Below are positions 1 through 21,160 of a DNA stretch of 64,000 nt, piece by piece (positions within the stretch are counted from its first letter, which is position 1; each line of letters opens with the position of its first letter). A program made the translations under genes and the position numbers. Source of the stretch: the human T2T-CHM13v2.0 reference genome, Homo sapiens. Below the pieces are notes generated by a model. The model did not search any database. It was given only the letters and a program-made list of their open reading frames with translations, and had not been told where the DNA came from. The DNA lies in the NCBI RefSeq assembly GCF_009914755.1, contig NC_060940.1. The stretch is one strand, 5' to 3'.

Positions 1-1124
1 GCGGTGGTTACTGAGATGCTCATTGTTTACGTGCAGTTGACTTCAAGATAGAAGGTTCAACCTCAGTGTCAAGCTCAACCTCCAGGACCCTCTTGGAGAC
101 TTCCAAGACCTAGGATGGCTGGGCATTCAGTGCTTTGGGAGCTGCCATCCTTCACCTGCTAGGGTTCTGTGTGGGATCGGGGTGGGGGTCTCTGTTACTC
201 AGGAAACTGCCCTCCCTTCCTCCCAATTAGATTTGCACTTTATTACTTTTTTTCTTTAGCTTTTTTCGAGATGGACTTATACTTAAAAAAACCTGCTCTT
301 AGATAATGGGTGGCAGGGGGGTAGAGGGGATTTGAGAAGACCTGGAAAATTCCCAGGTCTCCACTAAATAAGAAAACTGGAGAGTAAGGGGACTGGAGAG
401 GAACGGAGAAAGAAATGTATTTTCTTTTCTTCTTGTAATCAGAACTGTAGCTTGCAATATTTTTTTCCCAAGCTTCTAAGAGAGTTTTGCAAACAATTGG
501 AGTAATTAAAAGTTCTCAGAAGTAGCCGATGGTGCCCTTTTCACCGAGGGAATGTGGGCCAAGCATGATATATTAAAAGAGAGGGAGCTGCTCTATTGAA
601 GTTAAAAATAATCTGTCACATGGCTAATTTGTTGGAATGCAGCAATAAAGGGCTGTGGGCAGAGGGAGAGCTGGAAGCAGCTGGGAAGTTTGCAGGCAGA
701 GTGCACGCCCTGGGGACTGTGTTTGTAGGGAGAGAAAACAGTGTTACAGCTGCCTTAGGGCACCTTATCAGAAAACCCACAAAATGGGCAGGAAGAAGGA
801 AGAGTAGGTTTGAGTCCAGAGCATGACCTTTGGGCTTATCAGACAGTGAAGGGATGGGTCAGAACTTGTCACCTGTGTTCACGGGATGCTGATTCACTCA
901 GCAAGGATGAAGTCTTTTCAGATCCCCCTGCATTTGAATCCGTTTCAAAGGAATACATAATTCAAAGGAAGCTTTTGATCCGAAATACATGGGAAAACCA
1001 ATCTATAGGGTCTTGAGCGAAAAAAGTTCAAGCCAGGAATACAAATCCTAGTTTGGGGGATTGGGGATATTATAATTTTTGAAATGTTAGAGTTGAAAGA
1101 GAGAAAACAAATTATTTAGTATAA

Positions 1125-1475
<351 letters not shown>

Positions 1476-1489
1476 TACTCCCTGAATTT

Positions 1490-1800
1490 TCTACATGAGG
1501 CAACAGGCTCAAAGAGGTTGATTTGCTCAAGGTCACTCAACCAGCAAGTAACAGAGCTAGATTCAAACCCAGGTCTTTAGCTAGAAAGGAAGGGCATAGT
1601 GGTTAGCAAATATAGGGTTCAGAATGCCCTGATGTCAAATCCTGGCTCTACCAGCAGGACCCTTGGGCAAGTTTCTAACTCCTCTCAGTGTTAGTTTCAT
1701 CATCTGTAAGATGGGAATAACAATAGTACCCACTAGAATTGCTACAATGTATGTAAAGTGCTAAGTATGACATCCAGCCTAGAGGAAAGGCTTAATCAAA
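1490..1800. mobile_element. MIR fragments
   Basis: ttgctcaaggtcactca...attcaaacccaggtc and tcagtgttagtttcatcatctgtaagatgggaataacaatagtacc core motifs. Confidence 0.6.
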
Positions 1801-2349
1801 CACTAGATGTTATCATGCCACAGCTTTTTCATCACCCTGCATCAAATTTCTAGAGCTTTCCGCAGATTAACTTGTCCAAACATCCTCTTTGGTTTGGGTG
1901 GGATTCTCTTTCTCCCTTTCCCACCTCCAACTCTCACCCATTATATATAAAGAAAAAGAGGGTGGCCGAACTTTAACCTCTCTATCCTCTGGTAGACACT
2001 TTCGCTAGCATTTCCTACATTGTAACACACCCATGAGACTTGTTTTCTCTTAAGCTACATGCCCTCCGGCCTGTATTTTCAGTATGGTTTCCAAGTTGCT
2101 GACAGGCAGAAACGGTGCCAACATGAAGAAGCAAGTATTGCTGCCCCAAATGCAGCAGCAAGATGTGTTTGAATGTTTTAGAATAGATGATCATTTTTCA
2201 AATTCATAATGGGCACCGCTCACAGAGGGGGCTCTTAACATACAAGGCAGGTCTGGGCTCATAGTTAGCACTTCTGGAAAGTGGAGGCCGAGTTCTGTGT
2301 GTGCACATACCAAAGAACAGGAGCCTACCTCCAGCAGCTTGGGCAAAAG

Positions 2350-3430
<1,081 letters not shown>

Positions 3431-3517
3431 TACGTGCATTTTCCTTGGATGGTGGTTCATAGCTTGCTTCACATCCTCAAAGTTATTGTATAATCCAAGA
3501 AATAGTAAGACTTTTGG

Positions 3518-3831
3518 GGCCAGGCACGGTGGCTCATGCCTGTAATCCCAGCACTTTGGGAGGCCGAGGCGGGTGGATCATTTGAGGTCAGGAGTTCGCG
3601 ACCAGCCTGGCCAACATGATGAAACCCTGGCTCTTCTAAAAATACAAAAATTAGCCGAGCATGGTGGCGGGCGCCTGTGATCCCAGCTACTCGGAAGGTT
3701 GAGGCAGGAGAATTGCTTGAACATGGGAGGCGGAGGTTACAGTAAGCTGAGACTGCACCACTGCACTGCACTCCAGCCTGGGTGACAAAGCAAGGCTGTT
3801 TTCTTAAAAAAAAAAAAAAAAAAAAAAAAAA
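3518..3831 (+). mobile_element. Alu
   Basis: GGCCAGGCACGGTGG head, A-rich linker, poly-A tail. Confidence 0.9.
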
Positions 3832-4237
3832 GAATTTTTGGAGAAGAAAATGCTTCCTCCTACTCCAGATATTTCCTTTGGTGTGAAGGGCCATCAACTA
3901 CTATAACGCTCCAGCCTCCTCTTCAGCCCTTACTCCTGCACATAGGGAAAGGAGAGCATTAGCATATTCCCAGCCCCAGGAGAAACTGGGCATGAGTTGC
4001 CGTGTCTTCCTCTTCCTGGTATCTGAGGATCAAGAAGGGAGCACAAATTCTCTCCCTCCACATGGGAGGGTGCTCCGGTCCACCGCTGCTTGTGACTGAT
4101 GGGACAGTCTGTCTTATTAGGATACAAGGACACACTCAGCCACATTCTACAGCCTATAGCCTTCATCAGAAGATAATCCATCTTCTGACTTTTTTCCCCC
4201 CTCAATTGATTTAGAGCCTGAGTAGGGAGGAAGTGTG

Positions 4238-4497
<260 letters not shown>

Positions 4498-5372
4498 TGA
4501 ATCCCTTCTCAAAAGTTATCAAGAACCACCAACTTAGAGCATCAAGGACCCATAGATTCATCCTCTCACCTGTCCCCTTCCTTGCTGTATTCCCAGCCCC
4601 AGGAGAAGAAGCTGTTCTCCTTGGGAATCCATAGAGATAGTGGAGTGATAGAAGTAGCTTTGGAGGGAAATTACAAGAAAGGCAGAAAAGTTAGATTTAC
4701 TTACAACAGCAGGTGAGAGGAAATGGATTATATCACATGGAGCGGGGCGGGGAACAATGGAGCAGTGATTTAATAATGGACTTCACCAGAACCACGTGCA
4801 GGGTGTGGCATCCCTGGTATTTTTCCACAGCCTCACCCTGACCGGGACCACAGTCACATCTGTCCTCCACCTCGCCCAACCCACTTGTATCCTTTTACGC
4901 CCACTTCTTGGAAAATAGATTGTTCCACTTTCACAGAGAGGAGCAGGAATTTGGTGCATACACACCAGCTTAAATAACATAGTATTTTATTATTATTAGT
5001 TTTTAATTACAAAAGTAGTATACAATCTTTGAAATAACTAAACAAAGATATAGAGAAGCATAGAAAAGTATAAAGATGAAAGCTAGTCAGCTCAAAGCCA
5101 TCAACTCGAGATAGCTATTGTTAACCTTTTAGTTTATTAAGTGTTCAGCCTTTTTTCTATACATATTTTAAAATTTCTTCATATTCCTTTAAAAATTTTA
5201 TAAAAGCAGTTCAAATAATATAGAAGTGCATGATGTAGAAGATAAAAATGGTTTATTCTGCTATTTATCCTACTATTATGATGTAGTTGTATTATTACAT
5301 GGAATTTTTGTTGTCGTCACTGCGTCCTTTTCTCTTTCCTGGTCTCAGGAATGGTTGAAATACTGGCACACA

Positions 5373-5900
<528 letters not shown>

Positions 5901-5919
5901 TTAAGAAAAGGTGGTAAGA

Positions 5920-6306
<387 letters not shown>

Positions 6307-7022
6307 TCACATTTACCCGTACTCACACTGGCCTCTCCAGTTCCAAGAATTTGATTCTGGGAACGTATAGCTGCAAGTGAACAAAGAGTCAAGGGAAAGT
6401 TCTTTATCAACAGAAGAATTATTTTATTCAATGTGTTTCCTTACAGAACTTGGGACAATATGGGGAAAGAATGAGAAGAAATAAAAGGCCAGTTACTTAG
6501 GCCACTTTTAATGAATCACCCCTCAATGTCATTACCCATCCTTAGTCAGGAAAAGCTTGAGTTTTTCCATGCCAAGAAAAACAGAGGGCAGGAAGAAACA
6601 AATTACAACCTTGTTTGTGTTTTGTGTCTCAACTGTTTGATTTATAGGACTTGATCCAGTGATTATGGATGAAAGAAAATATCCCAGTGTCCCAAACCTA
6701 ACCTGAACTTAACCGGGGGTGGGTGTCACGTCCACTGCTCAAGTTAGCACAAAGTTAAAATGCTTTAAGAAGAAAGCATCGAGGTTTGGAGCTGCCTGTA
6801 GGCATTCTCAACCCAGCGGCAAGGCCAAATTCCTTTCCCACACTCCGATTTCAAAAAAACTCTGTTTAGAAACTTTACCCCTTTTTCCTTATCCCAGAAG
6901 CTGAGCATTTATCTATTTAGCAGATAGTTACCAAGCACCTACTGTGTGCAATGCATGACGTTGGACAGAGGACACAAAGAGCATACAGATCAATCAACAC
7001 ACAAATCAGAAAATGTCATGTA

Positions 7023-7846
<824 letters not shown>

Positions 7847-8829
7847 AAATTAAGCCACCCTGGGGATGCATATGCTGGCTAGTGACAGCCGCTGATGTCA
7901 GGCTCTGTGTAAGGGGGCAGGTGTCCTCACTTTCTGAAGGAGCTGTGCCCACCTTGGCCAGAGCCCCGTGGGGCTCCACCGCACTCAAGGGATGGGGGGC
8001 TGTCGCTGAGGCCCCAGCGTGGCTCACCATCCCAACACCCCTTGATAGCTGCTCGAATACTGCATTTTTATCTACCACCCAGGCCTTCTCTCTTAAATTG
8101 GTGTCATGGAAGTTTGAAAGAAATGGAAGAAAAGGAGCGACATGACTGATTCTGTTTGGTCTTCCTACCTTGAGGTCTGGTTGGCATTTTCTGAGAGGAA
8201 AATAAAAAATTGTATTTTTTTTGGAGGAGGGTGAGAGGAGAGAGTGAGAAAAAGGAAACAAGGCTTCACATTTTCTATGATTTTCTAAAACTCTGCACGT
8301 TGACAGTGGTGGCAAAATAAACGAATCCCAAAGTTGTTTTTCTATTGAGAAGAAAGTGGTGGTGGATTTCATTCCCTTTTGTTTCCGAACTTTTCTCCCA
8401 GTGACAAAGTATAAAACATGGACACTAGAGAATAAGGTGAACCTCAGAAATCCTGAAAAGACCGCGAAGCTTACTTTCTTCCTCAGGAGGGAAGAGGGGA
8501 AAGTTTCTAGCCCTCCCTGGAACCTAAAATGAAAAACACGAGTTGCGTGCGTTGGAAAGAAGACAAGGCCATATCTGAATCATCGGCCTTACAATAATGT
8601 GAACGTCATTATGGCAGCATTTCAAACAAAAGGCTATGAAGCTGTTGCGCAGGGCTGCAGGTGCCATTGTGCTCACTAATGGTATGTGCTCCATGCGTGT
8701 GGGCTTCAGCGGTCTGGAAGCACTGAAGAGGATCTGTGCTCCAGAGCGGGGTGGGGCCTGCTACAACCTTGACTCCAAACACAAGATGCCCGAGTGGACT
8801 GGAGGCGGGAGTGAGCTCCAGAAATTAAT

Positions 8830-10903
<2,074 letters not shown>

Positions 10904-10949
10904 AAAAAAGGATATCTTAATAAAGCTGATTTAAAAAGTACAGTAAATG

Positions 10950-12141
<1,192 letters not shown>

Positions 12142-12309
12142 TCACAATTTTAAAGTCTTTTTACATCCATTTACTCATTGGCTCTGCACCTGACAGGGGT
12201 TGCAGCCTTTCAATATTTTTAAATCACTCTCCCTCCTCCCCTTCATGACTTTTCTGCAACACTGAATCCAGACTTCTAACACTATATCTAGGTTTCGTTT
12301 GTGATTTTA

Positions 12310-12840
12310 ACAGCTTTATTGAGATATAACTCACATACCATACAATTTACCATTTATCTTGTAAAACTGAATTTTTTTTAGTATAGTCACAGGGTTGTGC
12401 AATCATTATTACAATCTAATTTTATTTTATTATTTTTGATACATAATAATTATGCAAATTTATGAGATTCAATTTAATTTTAGAACATATTTATCTTTCC
12501 CAAAAGAAAACTCTTACCCATTAGCAGTCACTCCCCATTTCCCCCCAACTCTTTCAGTCCTAGGCAACCACTAAATCTACTTTCTTTTTCTGGAGATGTG
12601 CCCCTTTTAGAAATTTCCTATAAATAAAATCATATAGAATGTGATCTTTTGTGACTGGCTTCTTTCACTTAGCATGATGTTTTCACCATGTTTTAGCATG
12701 CTATTTTTGTTGCTGAATACTATTCCATTTTAAGGATACAACCATATTTTATTTATCCATGCATTAATTGATGGACATTTAGATTGTTTCCACTTTTTGG
12801 CTATTACAAATAATGCTACTATGAATATTTGTGGGCCAGT
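12310..12840 (-). mobile_element. Old L1 3' end fragment (L1MB-like)
   Basis: cagctttattgagatataactcacatacc ... ttgatggacatttagattgtttccac, typical antisense L1M 3' UTR. Confidence 0.7.
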
Positions 12841-13477
<637 letters not shown>

Positions 13478-14766
13478 TTAAGCGAATAAAGCAACAAATA
13501 AAACAATTAAGTTTATCTATAATAAGCTATGCTTTGTATAAAAAGGGAAGGGCTGTGGAAGGGATAAATAAAAGTGAATTGTATTTATTACCTATTAAAA
13601 ATAAGCTAGCAAACACTGGAAGGAAGAACAGCGACTGTTCTGAAGCCAGGAAAAGCAACCCAGGGTGGAAAGCATTCTTGCCAATGGCTGTTTTGCATCA
13701 GCCTATAGTTTCTTTCACTCCTAGAAGCTGGGCTGGGCTGGTGGGGGTTGGACCTCACTGGATAAGACTGACAGGATGGTCTTGGATGAAACTCCAGAAG
13801 AGGCCACCTAACGGGCCGGGAAGATCTGGCTGACTTGGGGGTGGGATCTACTCCAGAATGCTGACAACCAAACACCCCTGAGGCTGTCCCCTGGAGGATA
13901 TAGGTTCCTAACTTTGCAAGGACTTCCTGAAGCTTCCCAAACACTGGATGACTCAAGCCTGGCCTTGGGAAGGGAAAGAGTGTTGGAGTGTGACAGCTTT
14001 AGAAGTTTGTCTTCCCTCTGGCAGGAGCAAAGAGTAGGTTGCCAGGGAACATAATATCTTGAGAAGGGCAAGAACAGATTGGAGGGCCACCTCATTGTAT
14101 TTCATTCCTGGAAGAGGAAAAGGGAACATTCCTTCCCGCTGCCGCCTCAAAAGGGTATGAGAACACAGGGCATGCCCGATGGCTGCAAAAACTGGGACAG
14201 CATCCTCGCTTCTTGCTCTGTTCTCAAGGAGCATGCACAGTGTTTGCCTTGACCATTTCCTGTTTATACAAAAGCAATAAAATGAGCTTGCAAGGTAAAT
14301 AACAACCCTGGTGGAGCAGTGTCTCACACGCTAAGGTACTGTTATCTGAGGTAAATTACAGAATTCACACTGATTGTCATCCAGCCTGGGGAGAGAATTT
14401 TCTAACTTGTAAAAACAGCAATAGTAAAATGTTCATGTTAAACTTGTTTTATATGGTAAGTGCCATCTTCCTTGTAAATTTCCTCAAGAACTGGGTTTCA
14501 TTTTTCAGCATCTAGAAATAATAACCCCCAAAATAGCTAGCATTTACTGGGGACTCTCTGTGATAGGCAGTGTGCTAAGAATTTTGTTTAATTCTCATGT
14601 CACCACAATGCTTTACTGTAGCTACCCAGTAAATATTTGTCAAAGAGCTTGAAAAAACTATCAAAGACCTTCAAGAACAGAAAATTACAGACCAATATTC
14701 TTCATGAATATAAATGCAAAGATCCTTTTAAAATATTAGCAAATTGAATTCAATAAACAAGATTAG

Positions 14767-15570
<804 letters not shown>

Positions 15571-16199
15571 TATTCAACAGGATTCAACACCCTTTCTTAA
15601 TAAAAACAAAATAAAAATAAAACAAACTCAGGAAACTAGATCCTCAAGATCCTCAAGCTGATAAAAGACATCTACTGAAAAATTATATTAAATTGTGAAA
15701 GACTGAATGCTTTCCTCCTAAGATTAGGAACAAGACAGGGATGCTAACTTCACCATTTCTATTCAACACTGTACTGAAAGTCCTAGCCAGTGCAACAAGG
15801 CAAGGAAAAAAGAGGCATACAGATTGGGAAGAAAGGTGGAAGCAAAGCTGTCTCTATTAGCAGACGACATATTTATTACATAGATAATTCTAAGAAATCC
15901 ATAAAATAATTACAGGAACTATAAGTGAATTTGGCAAGGTATAAGATAGTAAGTCAATGTACAAAATCAATTATATTTATCTAGACTGGCAGCAAACAAT
16001 TGGAAAATGAAATAATTTCATTTATAGGGGCATTAAAAAACGAAACATTTAGAAATAAATTTAATAAAAGATGCTAAAGATGTCTACATTGAAAACTACA
16101 AATTAAACTGAAGTAAATGGTTCATGAAATGTAAGGTTTTTAAGGTGTCTTTTTTCTGTAAATTCATCTATAAGCACTTTTGTAAAATTAAGAAGCTGA

Positions 16200-16807
16200 T
16201 TTTTTTTTTTTTCTTCTAGAAACAGGGTCTCACTCTGCCACCCGGGCTGCAGTGCAGTGGCACAATCATAGCTCACTGTAGCCTCCAACTCCTGGGTTCA
16301 AGCAATCCTCCTGCCTCAGCCTCCCAGGCAGCTGAGACTATAGGTGCCCACCACCATGCCCAGCTAATTTTTACATTTTTTTAAAGAGATGAGGTCTTGC
16401 AGGCCAGGCACAGTGGCTCACGCTTGTAATCTCAGCATTTTGGAAGGCCGAGGTAGGCGGATCTCCTGAGGTCAGGAGTCCAAGACCAGCCTGGCCAACA
16501 TGGTGAAACCCTGTCTCTACTAAAAATACAAAGAAATTAGCTGGGCATGGTCGTGGGCACCTGTAATCCCAGCTACTCAGGAGGCTGAGTCAGGAGAATT
16601 GCTTGAACCCGGGAGTCGGAGGTTGTACTGAGCCTAGATCATGCCACTGCACTCCAGCCTGGGTGACAGAGTGAGACTCGTCTCAAAAAAAAAGAGATGA
16701 GGTCTTGCTATGTTGTCGAGGTTGGTCTTGAACTCCTGAGCTCAAGCAATCCTTGTGCCTCAGCCTCCAAAGTGCTGGGATTACAGGAATGAGCCACAGT
16801 GCCCAGC
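16200..16807. mobile_element. Sense Alu (16402-16690) nested in an antisense Alu
   Basis: 18-bp TSD aaagagatgaggtcttgc at 16383 and 16691. Confidence 0.9.
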
Positions 16808-17331
16808 AAAAAAATAATAACTTTTTTTGTAATAATTTTAGATTTACAGAAAAGTTGCAAAAATAATACAATGAGTTTCTGTATACTCACTCAATTTTCC
16901 ATAAAGATAGCATTTTACATTACCATAATATGTTTGTCAAAAGTAAGAAATCAACACTGGCACCTTACTGTTTTATTTGGATTTCACTAATTCTTCCCTA
17001 GTGCCCTTTTTCTGTTCTAGGATCCAGTCCAGGATACTATACTGCGTTTAATTGTCATGTCTCCTTAGTTTACTTGAGTCTGTGACAATTTCTCAATCTT
17101 TCCTTTTTTTTTTTTTTTTTTTTTTTTATGAGCTTGTCAGTTTTGAGGAGTACTGGTCAGGCATTATGTAGAATGTCCCTCAGTTTGGGTTTACCTGATG
17201 TTTTTCCCATGCTTGGACTATGGTTATGGATTTTGTGGAAGAATGCCACAGTGGCAACATGCCCTTTTCATCACATCACACCGGGGGTACATGCTGTCAA
17301 CATGATTTATTATGGAGATGTTTTAATTTGA

Positions 17332-17721
<390 letters not shown>

Positions 17722-18594
17722 TTACAATAATCAAGACTGTGGAATTGGCACAAGGATAAACAAATAAGTCATCGGAACAGAGTAGAAATTTCAGAAAGAG
17801 AACCACACTTATATGATCAATCAATTTTCGACAGATACAGGAAAACAATTCAAGGGGGAATTGTGTTTTCATCAAATGGTGCAGGAACAAGTGGGTATCC
17901 ACATGGAAAAAAAGAGGCTAAGAAACCTGCCCAAGGTCACCAAGTTTGTGAGTGGCAGGGACAGGTATTCCAAGCCAGACTTTCTGGCTAACATGTGCTA
18001 TCAATTGTAAATATAAATTTATAACCAAAACATTTAGGTCACAATAATTTTTCAGTGTAAAATTCAATTTGAGGCTATACTATTTAAAAATGTCAATGTC
18101 ATGAAAGCAAAAGCAAAGTTAAGGAAATGTTCTAGATTAAAGGGGACTCAAGAGACTTAGCTAAGTGCAATACATGATCCTGAACTGGATCCTGGGTCAT
18201 ACAGGCACACTAAAATTTCACAAAGGACATGAATGCAATAATGGAAAATAATATGGAGAGTATGTTAGATAATAATTTTGTGTGAATGTTAAATTCTCTG
18301 AATTTGAAATTCATACTGCAGTTACGTGACAATATGTTCTTATTTTTAGAAGATACATGTAGAATTATTTGGCTGTAAAGGGTGGTGATATCTGAAATAG
18401 TTCAGCATTATTAACAACAATGATCAAAATAATATGGAAAAAATCAAATATTGAAAAATATTAACAGTTGGTAAACCTAAGCTAAAAGTATATGGTCATT
18501 CATTGTATTATTCTTGTAACTTACTTATTTGAAATTCTAAAAACATTTTCAAATATAATGTTACAGGTATATATCACTTAAGTGCTAGAATTTG

Positions 18595-18927
18595 TAATTT
18601 TTTTATTTTTTATTTTTATTTATTTATTTTTATTTTTTTGAAACAGGGTTTCGCTCTGTCATCCAGGCTGGAGCACAGTGGTGCGATCATACATCACTGC
18701 AGCCTCGACTTCCCAGGCTCAAGCCATCCCCAGATCTCAGCCTCTCAAATATCTGGGATTACAGTTGTGTGCCACCATGCGTAGATAATTTTTGTATTTT
18801 TTGAAGAGACAAGAGCCTCACTATGTTGCCCAGCCTGGTCTTGAACTCCTGGGCTCAAGTGATCTATCTGTCCACCTCGGCCTCCCAAAGTGCTGGAATT
18901 ACGGGGCTTGAGCCACCACATTCAGCC
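18595..18927 (-). mobile_element. Alu (older, J-like)
   Basis: Antisense dimer with degenerate tail. Confidence 0.85.
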
Positions 18928-19298
18928 TGTAAATGTTTTTATTTCTTTCAGAGATTTTGTTTCTTATGTTATCTCTCTACTCCCAATGCCTATCATAAGA
19001 CTTGTAACAGTAAATAGTAAATGTCTGGAATAAATGTAAATATTTGAATCTAGAGTTTGTGGAGGATCCTAAGAATCTTGTGAGATTGCTCTCATAGTGT
19101 CAGTCTAACTAGGGAGGTAAAATACGTAAAGTTAAAATTTACAGACGTAGCAGGCTTCCCAAAATAGTAATATGCTTTCTTAGGTACTACAAAGGGATGG
19201 AAGCACTGGAGCTCAAAACGGTAGGAGAAGTTTGAAAATAGAAGAAACTGAAGAGGAACTTGAAAAGCCGGTAGGCATTGAAAGGAAGAGGAGTCCTT

Positions 19299-19868
19299 GG
19301 GACAGCAATTGAGGGTAGAATGTGGAGTATCCCATGTTTCTACCACCATTCAGAATCCGATTTTCAAATGAATTCTGTGATGATCAGGATCAATCTGCAC
19401 TATTTTAGTCTCTAAGTGATCTAAAATTAACTTGGTGGACCTGGGATGACCACGGATGTGGTTTTAAACCAGCAGGTTTCAGAGTCGGGGCGGGTGCAAC
19501 AGGCTTATAAAGGGAATGGTGGAAAATATTATACGTTAGTGAAAGAGGTTGCGAATGGATTGTGGAGAGCCCTGAATGGTAGACTGCGAGAGTGACAGGA
19601 TGAAAACGACGACATCATAGGAAGAGCAATCTGTCAGTTGTAATGGCAGTTAAAAAGTGGCGCACAACACTGTACCTTAACCAAACTTGGAATTCCAAAG
19701 TGCTGGGACCTCTAGCGGAGAGCAGTTGAGTTCAATTCTATTTTAGATCACGTAGAGACTAAAATAGTGCCGATTGATCCTGATCATCACAGAATTCGTT
19801 TGAAAATCGGATTCTGAATGATGGTAGAAACATAGGATACTCCACATTCTACCCCCAATTGCTGTCCC
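19299..19868. repeat. 129-bp inverted repeat (19299-19427 / 19740-19868), 312-bp spacer
   Basis: Manual alignment gives 123/129 identities with no gaps. Confidence 0.95.
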
Positions 19869-19960
19869 GGACAGCAATTGCCTTTCTAATCGACTGCCAT
19901 GTTTAGCGATTACTATGCGCCAAGCGCTTTACAGGCACTCTCATTAAAATAGGCAAACCG

Positions 19961-20292
<332 letters not shown>

Positions 20293-20539
20293 TTATCAAG
20301 CCCATTTTACTGATGGGGAAATTGAGGAGAGACGGGATTGGCCAGATCACGACCTGGAGGCAGCAAAGATGTAAAATCAGGGTTGGGATACAGGCTGCGC
20401 CGGTAGTGTAGGGGATAGGAACTTTCTGAGACTCAGGAGAAAGCCACAGCGATGGGAAGGGAAGCAGAACACTGGAGACCCTAAAGGCCCACAGGCTGAG
20501 AGAAGTGGTACCTCTCCTGAAGTGACACCTGTCAGCACG

Positions 20540-21160
20540 CCTCTTTTGGGCGCCAGTCCAAAAATCGCGGTATCTGATTGGCGAGGTTGGAGGGGGCTGA
20601 ACGACCCTAATTGGTTAGTTGGACCTCGAACCAGACTTTCACCTGGAGGATCGGGCGAGGAGTGGGCGGGATTTCGAACTGAGCCACTCCCTTCATTGGT
20701 GAAAAGAAAACGAACCAGGAACTATTCGGAAGTGTGATTGGCTGTTGCTAGGAACCGTCTCAAGGCCTTATGGGCCCTGGTTACGGAAGCCGAGGAAGGC
20801 TGAGCGCGGGCTCTCAAGGAAAGTAGTCGCGGAATCTCAGTTAGCGGTGGAGAGGCAGTATGTCCGGTTCAATGGCGACTGCGGAAGCTAGCGGCAGCGA
20901 TGGGAAAGGGCAGGAAGTCGAGACCTCAGTCACCTATTACCGGTTGGAGGAGGTGGCAAAGCGCAACTCCTTGAAGGAACTGTGGCTTGTGATCCATGGG
21001 CGAGTCTACGATGTCACCCGCTTCCTCAACGAGGTGGGGCCTGGGAGGTGGGAGGCCTCTGAAGCTGCTGGGGCGAGGGGTGAAAAGGCTGTGTGGAGTG
21101 TATGTGGGAAGGAAGGGAGGCTTGGCTGGGGGCGATAAGGCGTAAGAAAGGGATCACGAC
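20540..21160 (+). promoter_or_regulatory. CpG-rich TATA-less CYB5B promoter/exon 1 region
   Basis: Elevated CpG density. ATTGG (reverse CCAAT) at 20577, 20610, 20695 and 20737; GC box GGGCGGG at 20664; ETS CGGAAGTG at 20727; RFX-like GTTGCTAGGAAC at 20744. Confidence 0.85.
20860..21033 (+). CDS. CYB5B: CYB5B exon 1 coding part (MSGSMATAEASGSDG...VYDVTRFLNE)
   Basis: ATG at 20860 and an in-frame ATG at 20872. Contains the b5 motif WLVIHGRVYDVTRFL. Donor GAG|gtgggg at 21033/21034; 174 nt, phase 0. Confidence 0.98.

Noticed and set aside
13540-14330. Overlapping ORFs / possible LTR or gene in unique sequence
   Set aside because: No recognisable protein similarity or LTR termini; single AP-1 and p53 half-site matches are insufficient.
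19370-19430. Possible C/D-box snoRNA in the inverted-repeat arm (GTGATGA)
   Set aside because: No D box (CTGA) with a terminal stem at a suitable distance, and it is not in a host intron.
19299-19868. Inverted repeat as a MITE/DNA transposon
   Set aside because: No TA or 8-bp TSD is visible and the termini match no TIR I recognise; not fully excluded without a Dfam search.
21034-21138. C-terminal part of the 92-aa ORF 20860-21138
   Set aside because: It is read-through into intron 1; the b5 domain continues in frame at 43341.
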